DNA of 62,804 bases, filler included, from Aduncisulcus paluster (taxonomy: Eukaryota), in the NCBI GenBank assembly GCA_024181965.1. It is 4 parts of 4 records of this genome, joined end to end, with 100 filler letters (N's around TTAATTAATTAA, not from the genome) between each part and the next. Parts side by side here need not be neighbours in the genome. Positions count along the whole stretch, not along the records: positions 23,631 to 42,287 come from BQXS01012577.1; positions 42,388 to 54,576 come from BQXS01012578.1; 2 more parts are not named here. The stretch is one strand, 5' to 3'. The position numbers and the translations under genes are program-made. Positions 32,401 to 44,631 of this stretch are shown one piece after another (positions within the stretch are counted from its first letter, which is position 1; the number at the start of each line of letters is the position of its first letter). The notes under the pieces are model-generated. The model saw nothing but the letters and a program-made list of their open reading frames with translations, was not told the origin of the DNA and did not search any database.

Positions 32401-35400
32401 GTGGTCTTATTTATCATATCATTCACATATTCAACGGTGTCTCGACTAGATATAAGGGAGTTCACACTATCATAGGAGAGTAAATGTTGAAAAGATAGTG
32501 TATAAAATGTAAGAAACAATAAAATGAGTGAAATGAAGATCAAAAAGAACAGATAAAGACATATCATTTTCTTCTTGGGATCAGAAAGGAATTTTAACAC
32601 TTTCTTGGAGGAACCGGAAGAAGATAAGGTTGAATCTATACTGTTGGTTCTTGATTGAAGCCCTCTCCCACCCCTCCTGCTGGATACACTTCTATATCTA
32701 CTTATTCTATGGAAATGACGGTGTGAATGCCTTATAGAAGTTGTACCATCTCGATAAGGACTCGTTTTAACAGTGTTGTCACTCTCTTTGGCGTCAATAG
32801 AGATACTAGAGCTTGATAAATCCTTCGAGAGTGATGTATTCGAGGGGTAATAATATAACTGGGCTGGCGACTTGCTATCTTTTGTTCCTTTATCGATGGA
32901 TTTGTTGTCCAAGGGCATATGGAATGGCGATTTGACCATCGTTGGTGGTTGGTTTGGGTGAATACTGGTCCTAAGTGTGAGATTACACAGAGTTAGCTGA
33001 AACAGAGCGGATCTTTTCAGAACAAGACTCACAACACTCGTGTGAAGAATGAACATTCCCAGAACAAAGTAAAACAACGAAAAGATGGTGTATTTAATGC
33101 GTGCAGCAAACTTATTCTCGCTAATGCTATCTCTAACGACTGAACTCAAAGATGATAGATATTGCAACAGGTTGGGAAGAGATAAAGAAAACAAAGACTT
33201 CATGTCGATGGAGTTAAGAATATCATACGAGGCCCCAAATCCCTTTGAATATTGGAGTTGCAATGTGGGCTGAGAAAGGAGGATTTCATCCCATCCTTGT
33301 GCCATACCAACAATATTAATTGCAATAGTCGATATTTTTGAAGCCAAAGAGATAAATGATAACATTTCAATGGAAGTTGGATCAGAAAGTAAATAGGGAT
33401 CGGAGTCATCGGTGGAATCTGAGGAATCGACATTGCTGGAATAGACAATCATGGGAAGAATTTCATCGAGGAAAATATCGAAACTGCAAAATTCTATATT
33501 TGGAATATCATCGTTACAAAGAATAGAATAATAATTAGTAATAGATGAATTGATATGATGAGAAAAATACTGAAATTCTGAGGCATAAAGTAAAATTTCC
33601 TCTTGTATTTTCCTAGGATCTGTGGGAACAGGGAAACCAAAGGAATTGGACTCTGTTGAAGTGGTATCTGATGTGAGTTCCTCAAGAACAGAAATAGTTG
33701 AGGCGAAACGATCAATCAACTCAGTCATATATTCATGTCGATTCAACCTGTCATTCATTGCCTCAGAAGATGAGTCTGAGGCTGAGTCTGAGGAATTATT
33801 ATCATAATTATTATCATCCCCAGAATAATCAGAGGTCATAAAATGCATCAATACTTCTTCCATTTCCTCCAAAGATGAATTGAGAATCTTGGTATTCATG
33901 CGAATCATATCTTCCTTTTCATCTTGATGCGTCCACCTTACATTCCGACTCGAAGCAAAACTTTTGTTGGAGTTAATGTTATAAGAATCGTTTAAAAAGA
34001 GACTAGAAGTTGATTCTGTCCCAGAAGCGGAAGAAGAGGAGGAAGAGGAAAGATCAGGAGTCTGATACGGATCACAGTAAATTGTGTTCACTCCATCGCC
34101 ACAAACCCCTGTAGAGTGGAACATTCCTGTATATGACAAAGAAAGGGCATGGACTGATGCAATGAATCGAACGAGGCTCATTTCAGCCATTATCAGGTTA
34201 TCGCCAACCTCGACTACAACTTCTTTGCTGTGAAGGTAGCGAATAACAGCGATGGCAACGATGAAATAAATCAAAAGACAAATAAAACCCATGAGAAATA
34301 TACAAGTTTTTTCACGGCTAAACAGCGAATAAGCAACACGATCGCCCCTTTCAAGCTTTGAGAATGTTTCGCCGAACATCATTGATGGTGTTGAAGAAGA
34401 CACCGAGGAAACGAGAGAATTGACTGTAGAGGTTGCGACAGAAGAAGAGGAACGATGCGAATGCTGGATGAAAGTTTGATGATGCTGAAGAGAAGAGTGG
34501 GAAACAGTGGCTTCATCGGTAGGGTTTGACATGTATGATATTGTATTTGTGTGAGGGGCATCAGGAACCACGGGATTGATTGATAACCCAATGTTAACTC
34601 CTTCACGCATTAGTAATATATTTTTATACTTAATTCGTGTCATTTCTTCAAGAGTGGCATTATGGAGGTGACGATCAATTAATTGTTCGATCCTCACAAG
34701 TTCGTGAACTTGATCTTCTCCTTCAATTTGTTTCCTCACACTTTTGACAAGATCAGCTCGAATTGTGGCAATTTCACTATTAATAAGTAAAGTATTGCTG
34801 ATATCCCCAACATTCCGCATTCCAAGGAGTTTGTGTGTGAATTTTACCTCAAGACCAGTGACTTTGTCGCATAAGTTGATGAATTGACTGTTGAAAAGGT
34901 CGTAGGTGGAAGACAGGGATACTTCTGTCTGGGAGGAGGGTGAGAACACTGTTGAAGCAGGGCCACGATGTGAGAGAACAAGCTGAGATCCTTTCGAAGG
35001 CGCGAAAGAACGATATCCAGTCGTTGAAAATCTATTCTGGAAGTGATTTGTCGAAGCCATGGAGGTTCTATCACCTCCAGTTGTTCCATCTGCCTGTTCT
35101 GCATCATGGAGAGCCTCATCAATGTTGTCGTGAGCTTCGTCTGGGTTATTTGGATCCTCAGAATGAGTATAGTGGAGGTTACGGTAATCTACAATCTTTT
35201 GGAATGCATTTTTCCAGGCTAAGATGGCAAAACGAATACGTTGGGACGATCCTTTAATCCCGTGACTCACATCAATGGCCAACTCGAGTGCTTTTGACAC
35301 ACTGCCCAAGGACAACAGGGTGTTCATTGTGAGAGCCGAGGCATAGAGAATGTCAGCTGTGTCTGAAGAGTTCTGAATATGAGCCGAGAAATAGCATTTC

Positions 35401-38400
35401 AGCAAGAACAAGGAGATGAAGAAGCTTGGAGTCGGAAGAGGGAGAAGGGATGGGATATATTGAGGGTTTAAGGAATGCATGGATGAAGGATGGATATTGT
35501 TTGAGCTGAGCATTGAAGAGGGTTTAGGGAGATCATTGGGATCACCAGTAACCACGGGATCAGCAGGATTCGAAGATACTTGAGTGGGAGGACACAAGGA
35601 GTATTGAGATCTGTTTATAAAGAGGGGAATGGAGGCTTGAAGTGGGAATATATTGTTGATGTTTGTGAAGGTGGAGGCCTTTGTTAGCTCAAACATAGAT
35701 CGATGTGCAGAGGTGTCAATGAGAGAAGGTTTGAGTGAGAATGAATAAGGAACAGGTATTTCTGAGGGATAATCATGGACAAATGCATTGATATTGGACC
35801 CGCTGAGAGCACTGGAACCGTACGCACTACTTCCTCCTGTCTGAAGAGTTGAAGAGAATGTTCCCATGTTGTTCGTATTGTTAGTACTAGTATTGTTCGT
35901 GGATATCTGACAGCCTTGGCAATCCATCGTGCATGAAAGTTCCTCTTCCATTTTGCCAAGACTACGAACTCCCATTTCACGGTGCAACATCAACTCACCA
36001 CCCAGTATATAGCGAAAGATAAGGTTGAAAGTGGATGGGTGAATCGCACTCAACAAGCCTCCATTACGCTGAAGAAAATCAACGAATTCAGAGGGTTTTA
36101 TGATATCAAAATTCAGAGATAGGAAGTAGAGAAAAGGGAATTTCCTCAACAGAGGCATATATCGACGACCTTCACTCACGGTGAGATCTTTCTGGAAGGT
36201 CTGAACAGGCGCCATCATGCTTGCCGTTGCTGTGCCACCAACATGTATGGGTGCACTTGAATCAGCACCCTCAGCATTTTGAACCTTTTCATTCCAGAGT
36301 GTGCCCTCTGTGCATCGTTGGTTATTCAACCGACGGAGCCACTGGATTGCACTCACAACAAACTCAACTTGGGGCTGATATCCACGACCAGGGACAATGT
36401 CCTCGTGTCCATTGGGTATCGGGAAGGCTTGAGACCGGGATTCTACCCTTGGGGATGATTGGGGCAGTGTTATACAAACATCTTCATTGTGTGAAGGGGA
36501 ATGAGACGGAGTGATGCTCTTGGTACCCTTGGCAGCAGGACCAGCATGATGAGGATTGGGTTGGGCTGTGTCATGGTGGTGATCGATCATAATATCACCT
36601 CCTTGGTGCTCCTTTTTCACATCTGCCCCAACATATGACTCAATCTCTCCACGCTGCACCAAGGGAATCGTGTTTCTCAAAATCTGTCTATATTTATGCT
36701 GAATGTCTGAGTGTTGGTGAGACCCTGAAGAAGACAATAAATGGAGAGAAGACGAGGACGTGGAGATTGGTGCCACGCGATGGGAGAGTCGAGACTCAGA
36801 GCGGATACTGGAAGGGATTGACAATACAACTTCACGCGATTGTTCCGCAGAAGTCTCAGGAAGTGTGGCTCCCGAAGTTGGAGATTGGACAGATTTGGAC
36901 ACAGAAACATCTTGAAGGATATGGGCAGGGTCAGTATCAGCAGAATGAAGCGATTCAGCACTACCAGAACTAGAATCGGATGAGGAATACATGGAAGATG
37001 AGCTCCCACTGCCATTCCTTTCCAATGAAGCTGTCCCAGCGTGTTGAGAAGCATGCGAATGATCTATCATATCCACATCAGAATCAACCAACTCCAAAGT
37101 GTTTTTGAAACTACTCATGACACTTTGTGCAACACTATTTGTATACAGGGCACCCAATGATTCCCTGTGCCAGTTGGAGGAACCAGCCTTTGCTTCAGAA
37201 GGAACATAGTGAATCGGAGGATTCATTGAGGAGTGTTGAGGTGCAGTTTTGTGATAATGTCCATGGGAGGAAGTAGAGAAAGGTTGCTGACTCCCGTAAC
37301 CATGGGGATCATGTCTCTCCTCATCAACCGTCTCCCTTGCATCTCTACTGGCCATCCCTGAGGTCTTTCTGGAGATATGATGGCCTGAATCGCCTCGAGG
37401 AGCTTGATGAGGTTTTATGACCTTAGTTGAAGTCCTTTCACGTTCCCGTGATAGTGTTTGGTTGGAACTACGACTGAGTTCTCCAGTCTCACAGCTTCTG
37501 AACCCACTCGAGGGAGAACCAGACCCAACCATGAGCCTTTGCTTCAGAAGGAACATAGTGAATCGGAGGATTCATTGAGGAGTGTTGAGGTGCAGTTTTG
37601 TGATAATGTCCATGGGAGGAAGTAGAGAAAGGTTGCTGACTCCCGTAACCATGGGGATCATGTCTCTCCTCATCAACCGTCTCCCTTGCATCTCTACTGG
37701 CCATCCCTGAGGTCTTTCTGGAGATATGATGGCCTGAATCGCCTCGAGGAGCTTGATGAGGTTTTATGACCTTAGTTGAAGTCCTTTCACGTTCCCGTGA
37801 TAGTGTTTGGTTGGAACTACGACTGAGTTCTCCAGTCTCACAGCTTCTGAACCCACTCGAGGGAGAACCAGACCCAACCATGGATGAACCAGACCCAACC
37901 ATGGATGAACTTCTACTCGGCTCATCGGTATCGCCCTCATGAGATGCTTGGTGAGTGGGAACAGAGAGTCGTGAGTTGATAAGAATGACTTTCCCCTTTG
38001 CATCAGTCCCTCCTGTCCCACCATCAGGAGTTGTCGTTGGAAGGCTGCCGAAGATGTGTTCTTGAACGGTTGAACTCGATGCTACAAGCACACTCTCCAT
38101 CTTCTTCACGGCCTTTGATAAAGACATCGATGTGTGTTCCCGGTCATTTATAATGGCAGGATGCACAGATATTGATGATACCGAGGAGGGAGTCTTTGTC
38201 TTACTATGATCATATGGATTCTGGGACGAGGATTTATCTCCTTCATTGGGCATGGGAGAGGATGATACTTTCTGTGAGTGTGATTGAGTGCCAGGATGTC
38301 CATCACCATCAGGGCCTAGTCTTGGGTCCTTCCTACTACCACGACTGATTATACCACTTTCATGGCCATAAGCATCACGAGGATCATCATTGCCATCAGT

Positions 38401-39882
38401 TTCATGGCCGTGAAGCCGCTGTTGACGCAAGAACTCATCTTTTTTCTCCTGAATCCTTTGAATCACTTCCAATCTCCTTCGTTGAATTTCTCCTTGCTTC
38501 CATTTCTCCTCAGCTTCACAAACAGGATCCTCGTGGGGTGGTAAGGCTGTGGCCAATGGTGATTCTCCTGCAATAAACCTCAATATAAGTTCATGGGCGA
38601 GTTTACGAATGTATAACACTCTAAAATAATATAATATGAGAGCGACTGAAATGAGGCTAATTAAGAAGATGAGGAATATAATTAAATATGACCAGGATAC
38701 TGTCTCGATGAGAGTGGATGCATCACTGTTAGATGTGCTCGACGAGGAGTAGGATGAAGCCTTTGGCGAGACTATGACAGGGGATACTACTTCGAGGGTA
38801 TCACTATTATTATTGTTGATATTATCATAATTGGTCGGATAAAGGTTGTTGTTTTCAACAGAGAAAGCAGAATCAGAACGGAATGAGGAAGAGGAAAGAA
38901 AAGTTGACACCGATTCTGGAACAAAAATAGTCGAACAATCGGGAAGATCAGAGAGGGATGTTGAGATACTGTCTATTCTTGATAGAAAAAGATGGGTCGA
39001 CGGAAGATCAGTGGTGACTTCACTATTATTAGAAGTTCTATAATTAGACAAATCAATGCTAAAATTAGATAAATCGATGCTATCAACACTGACACGATTT
39101 GAGGCGAGCAGTGTGGACGCTAAGAAACTGTCGCTACTATGCGCAACTATTTCTGCCGATCCAATAGCAATAAAGAGACAAAAAGACGTTATAGAAATTA
39201 TATTCATGTATTGTTTGAAATATGGTTGACGAACAATATAATAACCCATGTTGATAACAAGCATGGCATTCAAAACGACCAGCCCATAAACTTTTTCATC
39301 GAAATAAATAATGAAGGATACTCCCAAAAATAACGATATATACGTTCGAGCTGTTGAATATACTTCAGATCTTGCGAAAATATAGGGAGATAGAATATTT
39401 TGATCGATGGTGAAAGTCTCAAAGAAGAAATGGAGAGTAAAATTGACACTCACAATTATGATATACAAAATCCAAGCAAATACGACAGCAATATTGACAT
39501 CTCCAAGTTGAAAAAATGGAAACGCAAGCGAGGCTTCACTAGAAATAATCCGTAAAGAATACAGAATGAGAAAATTAACTGCAAATGTTGCAACGGGAAG
39601 AACAGCATAATATATGAAAAAGGTGAAATATACAACGATTTGATTATATTTTTGACCATACTCAATGAAAAAACAAAAATACAGGAGAAGAATGAAGGTG
39701 AAAAGTGTTGAACATAAAATAATTTGGAATCCTTGAGTAGCATTATCAAATGATTGGTCCCATATTGATCTAAAAAATAAAATTTTGAATAAATAACGAG
39801 TAAATAAATTCGTATCAAGCAGGCCAATGATTTCATCCAACAATACGGATATAACATCTAAATAGGCAAGCAAAAAGGCCAT
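29421..39882 (-). CDS. Giant multi-pass membrane protein (about 3370 aa once one 349-bp duplicate is removed); loosely TmcB/TmcC-like layout
   Basis: ORFs 37489-39882 and 29421-37556 overlap through a 349-bp tandem duplication; 10462-349=10113 nt=3371 codons. N-terminal multi-TM block (YYIVRQPYFKQYMN) and several paired TM segments in the C-terminal half. No catalytic domain recognised. Confidence 0.65.
30046..30118. repeat. 21-bp coding tandem repeat (SDGTNSY)
   Basis: ccatccgaataactat(c/t)ggtt about 3.5 times. Confidence 0.85.
37185..37882. repeat. 349-bp exact tandem duplication causing a frameshift
   Basis: 37185-37533 = 37534-37882. It adjoins a 21-bp repeat (gaaccagacccaaccatggat) at about 37866-37910. 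Confidence 0.9.
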
Positions 39883-40196
39883 AAGTATTCTTATAATTCA
39901 AGATTATTTCTATTTTATAAATATTCAATCGAAATAATAGTCACACATACGTAGAAAGATAATAATACGCAAAATCGGCACGAAAAAGTGTAAAATCTTC
40001 TCTAAATTTGGCACAGTCCGACATAAATCATAAATTATACTGAATTTCTCGGTATAATTACCTGTCATATTTCACAATTCAGAGAAAAACACCAATTTAC
40101 AATATCTCCCCCCTGATTTCGAATTAATACAGTTTTATGAATATATCATGGATGTTTAGGCTAAATATGATATATATTACAATCTACTAACAAACT

Positions 40197-41786
40197 TTAC
40201 TCGTTATTTACAGATGTGGGCTGACCAAAATAAGATGTGAGTTTAGAGAAAGATATCAACAATTTTTTCAATTCTTTTAATTCTTTTATCCTTTCTTTTT
40301 GACTTAATAACTCGGAAACGGCATCTGCTCGATCGACAATGAATTTTCTGGGACTAGATGGTCTATCACGTTCTTTAATTAATCGATATGAATGTGATTC
40401 CATGTATTTTCTTGTAATTGGTCCTTCTGTTGCCAATTTCTCTTCTCCTGATACATCTTCCTCTTCTTTTTCTTCCTCTTTTTCCTCCTCTTTTTCTTTT
40501 TCTTTTTCCTCTAAAGCATCCAAATAATGATCACAACATAATCCATCCCCTTCCGTGCCTTCCTTTGTGATCAATGCATCTCCAAGCTCAAGAGTGACTC
40601 CCTTTTTATAATGTCCCCTTAAATGCTCTTCTAACTCCCCATATTTGCCACTCCAGGGACACCCAGGAACAACACAGGTCATCTTGATGATTGAAAGCTC
40701 CTCTTCTTCGCCTCGAACTGTGGAAATGTCCGTGAGATTCATTTTACGACGACATAAAGGACATGTACTTGACATGTGGGACACAGAGCCATCGAGAGTC
40801 GACACATTGCGAGCACTTTCGTTCATCCACCGCTCGATACAAGCTCTACAAAAGATATGTCCACATGGAAGCTTACAACGAGATAATAAAGGAATTCTAT
40901 AGCAAATAACACATTGTAAGGCAGAGCATCGGTCAAGATCGTCGTCATCGAGGTCTTCTTCATTCAAGGATACAGGAACTCGGATAATATGTTTCATAAT
41001 ATTAATACATGATTGGGGATGGGATAAAGCGAGGAAGTATGCCGGAATTGTATATGTTTTGGTAGGTTTGGAGGAACTATGAGGGATGAGAGATGATTTA
41101 GGGGGTAATGTAATAACAGGATTGGATTCGCAGAAAGAATACCCATCATTAACTGCAAATAGCAAATCTTTATGGTCATCTTTCAGCGAAAGGGTAACTG
41201 TTGCATATATTGTGGACAAATCAATGGGGATCGTTGGATGTTCACGAATACCTTCTGGATCGGCATTACTCTTCCCGGAAAAGGCTATTTTTCCATTATG
41301 AATAAAAAATATCTCTTTTGAATCCTTAAATACTCCACAACCAATCACATAAGGGACTTTCATGACAGGACGAATGGTGGCTCTATCAGAAATGGTTGTT
41401 CTACCGGTCTGATAGAACAGACCCGCATCATCAAGATGACATCCACAAGAATTAGGCAGCCATCCAACCATACCTTTGTATGGAGACTGGGCGAATCCAA
41501 GACCAATTATAGGAAATTTTAAAGGGGAAGAAAGAATAATCAGTTCAAAAAACAGAGCTTTTCGGCCCTGAAGAACGATTTCTCCAGGTTTAAATTGTAC
41601 AACACCTCTAGCATTTGGAGCTGACATGTAACGTCTCAAAATATCTTCATCGGCAACCAAAAGATGAGATATAGATTTAACATGATCAGTGAATTGTGGA
41701 GAAAGCTGATCATAGAAAAAATCATCAATACAAAACACATTATTGCCTTTGGATTTCAAAAAGGCTTGAAAAACAAGATTTACCAT
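40197..41786 (-). CDS. SPRY + C3HC4 RING + TRAF/SIAH-type zinc finger protein (probable E3 ubiquitin ligase)
   Basis: SPRY (IGLGFA...MVGWLPNSCGCHLDDAGLF...VIGCGV...IFFIHNGK), RING (CVIC...PCGHIFCRACI...CPLCR) and CVVPGCPWSGKYGELEEHL. Confidence 0.82.
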   Translation of the reverse strand: MVNLVFQAFLKSKGNNVFCIDDFFYDQLSPQFTDHVKSISHLLVADEDILRRYMSAPNARGVVQFKPGEIVLQGRKALFFELIILSSPLKFPIIGLGFAQSPYKGMVGWLPNSCGCHLDDAGLFYQTGRTTISDRATIRPVMKVPYVIGCGVFKDSKEIFFIHNGKIAFSGKSNADPEGIREHPTIPIDLSTIYATVTLSLKDDHKDLLFAVNDGYSFCESNPVITLPPKSSLIPHSSSKPTKTYTIPAYFLALSHPQSCINIMKHIIRVPVSLNEEDLDDDDLDRCSALQCVICYRIPLLSRCKLPCGHIFCRACIERWMNESARNVSTLDGSVSHMSSTCPLCRRKMNLTDISTVRGEEEELSIIKMTCVVPGCPWSGKYGELEEHLRGHYKKGVTLELGDALITKEGTEGDGLCCDHYLDALEEKEKEKEEEKEEEKEEEDVSGEEKLATEGPITRKYMESHSYRLIKERDRPSSPRKFIVDRADAVSELLSQKERIKELKELKKLLISFSKLTSYFGQPTSVNNE

Positions 41787-42287
41787 ATTATTTTAAAATA
41801 TATAATGAAATATGGAAGCTATTAAATAATATGAGCTTTGTATAAGACTTAAAAAAAAAGATGAAGTCCCAAAACGCGATTTTGTTTTTTACAGTTTCCT
41901 CCCTCTGAAATATTCCCAATTTAGCTTGATTTTTTTAGTTCAGAATGATGTGGATCTTATTTTTGAATTCAAATATCCATTTAACATGCAGAATTATTTT
42001 ATTCAATTAGAACATAGAAGGACAGGGGAAAATCAATAAATGTTGGGATAATTATTTTTTAAATTGATTAATTTAACATAAAATTCTAATTTTAATAAAT
42101 GTCGTATTGGTGTTGAGGGATCAGATTTTTTTTTGCTGAAAAAGAGATATTTCCCTTGGTAATTCCACTTCCATGAGTAATCCTAACATCAGTGATAGTG
42201 GAGGATCTAAAATGCGTGTGCAAAGCACGTATCCAATTCAATTTGGTGTCCATGGCCAAAAACCTGGATGAACCAGACCCAACCATG

Positions 42288-42387
42288 NNNNNNNNNNNNN
42301 NNNNNNNNNNNNNNNNNNNNNNNNNNNNNNNTTAATTAATTAANNNNNNNNNNNNNNNNNNNNNNNNNNNNNNNNNNNNNNNNNNNN
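42288..42387. other. Artificial contig-joining spacer
   Basis: N44-TTAATTAATTAA-N44. Confidence 0.95.
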
Positions 42388-43763
42388 AATTTTTGGCCCC
42401 ACAGTGGCTTATTTCATGTGATAAGACAGACAATGCTTGTGATGGAGGAAACCCTGGTCGTGCTGGGTATTATTTCATGTCTCATGGAACCACCACGGAT
42501 GATTGTTTCCCGTATGTCTCAGGTGATGGAGAATTCATTCCCGATTGTCCTTCCACTTGCGATGATGGATCAACCCCAGAGTTATATTATGCTTCTGATG
42601 TTATTCGTCTCGAAGGAGAGGAACAAATGATGGATTCTATTCATGCCAATGGTCCCATCGTTGTTGGGTTCGTTGTTTATGAGGATTTTGAAGCGTATAC
42701 TTCTGGTATTTACGAACATGTCTGGGGTTCACAGATCGGAGGCCATGCCGTTGAAATTATTGGTTGGGGAATTGAAAATGACACAAAGTACTGGACTGTT
42801 AAGAACTCCTGGGGTGCCGACTGGGGTGAAGAAGGACTCTTCCGTATTGTTAGAGGTGTGAATGAGTGTAAGATTGAGAGTATGGATGCCTTCGAGTACA
42901 TTGCCTTGACAGACACGAGAGGAAGAGGGAGAAAGATTATTAAGGAGCCAATAACATGGAAGAGAGGTGAAACAAAGTTCTCAAATTGGACCGATGAAGA
43001 GTTTGCCTCTCTCATGCTTCGTCATCAACCTGAACGGATGTATGGATTACCCTATCTTCAAATTACACCAAGGAATGATCTTCCTGACTCATTCGATGCT
43101 CGGGATCAGTGGCCATCTTGCCCTTCAATTGGTCGTATTCGTGACCAAGGAAACTGTGGTTCCTGCTGGGCCTTTGCTGGATCTGAGACTCTCTCTGACA
43201 AGTTCTGCATTGAAAGCGATGCCAAAACCAGCGTCAATCTCTCTGCCCAGATGCTTGTTTCATGTGATAGGGGAAACTTTGGCTGTCATGGAGGCAGTCT
43301 TGATATTAGTTGGATGTACATGGTCAACAATGGTCTCCCAACCGAGGACTGTGTTGCCTATGCCCAAGAAACATATGACGATGGTGTTGTTCCAAGCTGT
43401 CCTGCCACATGCGATGACGGTTCAAGCCTGGAAATGTACTATGCACTCCATCATGCCAATATCCTGGGAGTGGATGAAATGATGACCCATCTCTATGAGG
43501 AGGGACCTCTTGAAGTTGCTATGATATGTTACTCTGACCTCAAGGATTATGTGTCTGGAATATATCAACATGAATATGGACATTTGACAGGTCTTCATGC
43601 CGTCAAGATCATTGGATATGGGTCTGAAGATGGAGTTGACTATTGGACTGTTGCCAACTCCTGGGGAGCTGACTGGGGTGAAGAAGGTTTCTTTAGAATC
43701 GTTAAGGGACAAGAAGAATGTGACATTGAAGTCGATGTCGTTTGTGGATTTGCTGACGTGTAA
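42388..43763 (+). CDS. Cathepsin B-like papain (C1A) protease with two tandem catalytic domains (first one 5'-truncated by contig start)
   Basis: Domain 1 has GGHAVEIIGWG and YWTVKNSWG. A linker/propeptide WKRGETKFSNWTDEEF precedes domain 2, which has LPDSFDARDQWP, QGNCGSCWAF, GLHAVKIIGYG and ANSWG. No occluding-loop HH motif. Confidence 0.92.
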
Positions 43764-44631
43764 CTTCAATTCTGAGGCCTTATTCTTAAATTCAATCGAA
43801 TAATTTTCTCTTGACTCGTGTAAAAAAGTTTCTTCTTTAGAGTCTTATTGTTAATTGTCAACTATTTTAAATAAATTGGATTGCTTGAACTTCAACTTGA
43901 AGTTCTGAGAAGATCAATTCGATCTGTTTAATATGAAATAAATTTCAGAATTACTCAAAGTTTGAATCTCAGCAACCGATTGTTGCTATTTGATTGTGGA
44001 CAGTGTCCACTGGATACTTGTCAACAATATTGACGCAATTGGAACTTCTCACTGAGAATTTGGGAAACACGGTTTTATTAGATTTAACCGTGAATAATAC
44101 TTCACGAAAATCCATCTTATCTTTCACATATTATGATCACACTATCATAATATATCATACAGAATCTAACAAGTTTCGCGATGAAAAGGGGGTGAAGATT
44201 CTAGAAATCTGTTATGCCATTCAAGGAATTGAATGAAATGTTAATGGAATGAAAATGAAGCAAAAAAAGGATAAAAACCAGATCAGAAACAACAAAACGA
44301 GCTTATTCAGTTTCATTTTCAAAATCAAAAATAAGAAGAGAAAAATATCAAGAGAGTTAAAAAGATACAAAACAAAAGTCATATTCAAAAAATTCTAGGA
44401 TGAAACAAGAAACAAACAAACATCTGTGTTTGAAGGATGTAATACTTGTCAATACTATAGAATATTGCTATATTGTTGCTGTGAAGACCACAGAATTGAC
44501 CCCTAGTTATCATTTTTAATATTGTATGTAAAAAAAAAAAAAAAAAAAAAATGTGCTCAAAACAATCAACAAAGCAGATTCATATATATAATCAAACTCC
44601 AAAATTCAATAGATTAAGAGCTTCAAAGCAC

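Noticed and set aside
44530..44551. Poly(A) run as a retroelement tail
   Set aside because: No RT ORF, SINE body or target-site duplication; it lies in an AT-rich intergenic region.
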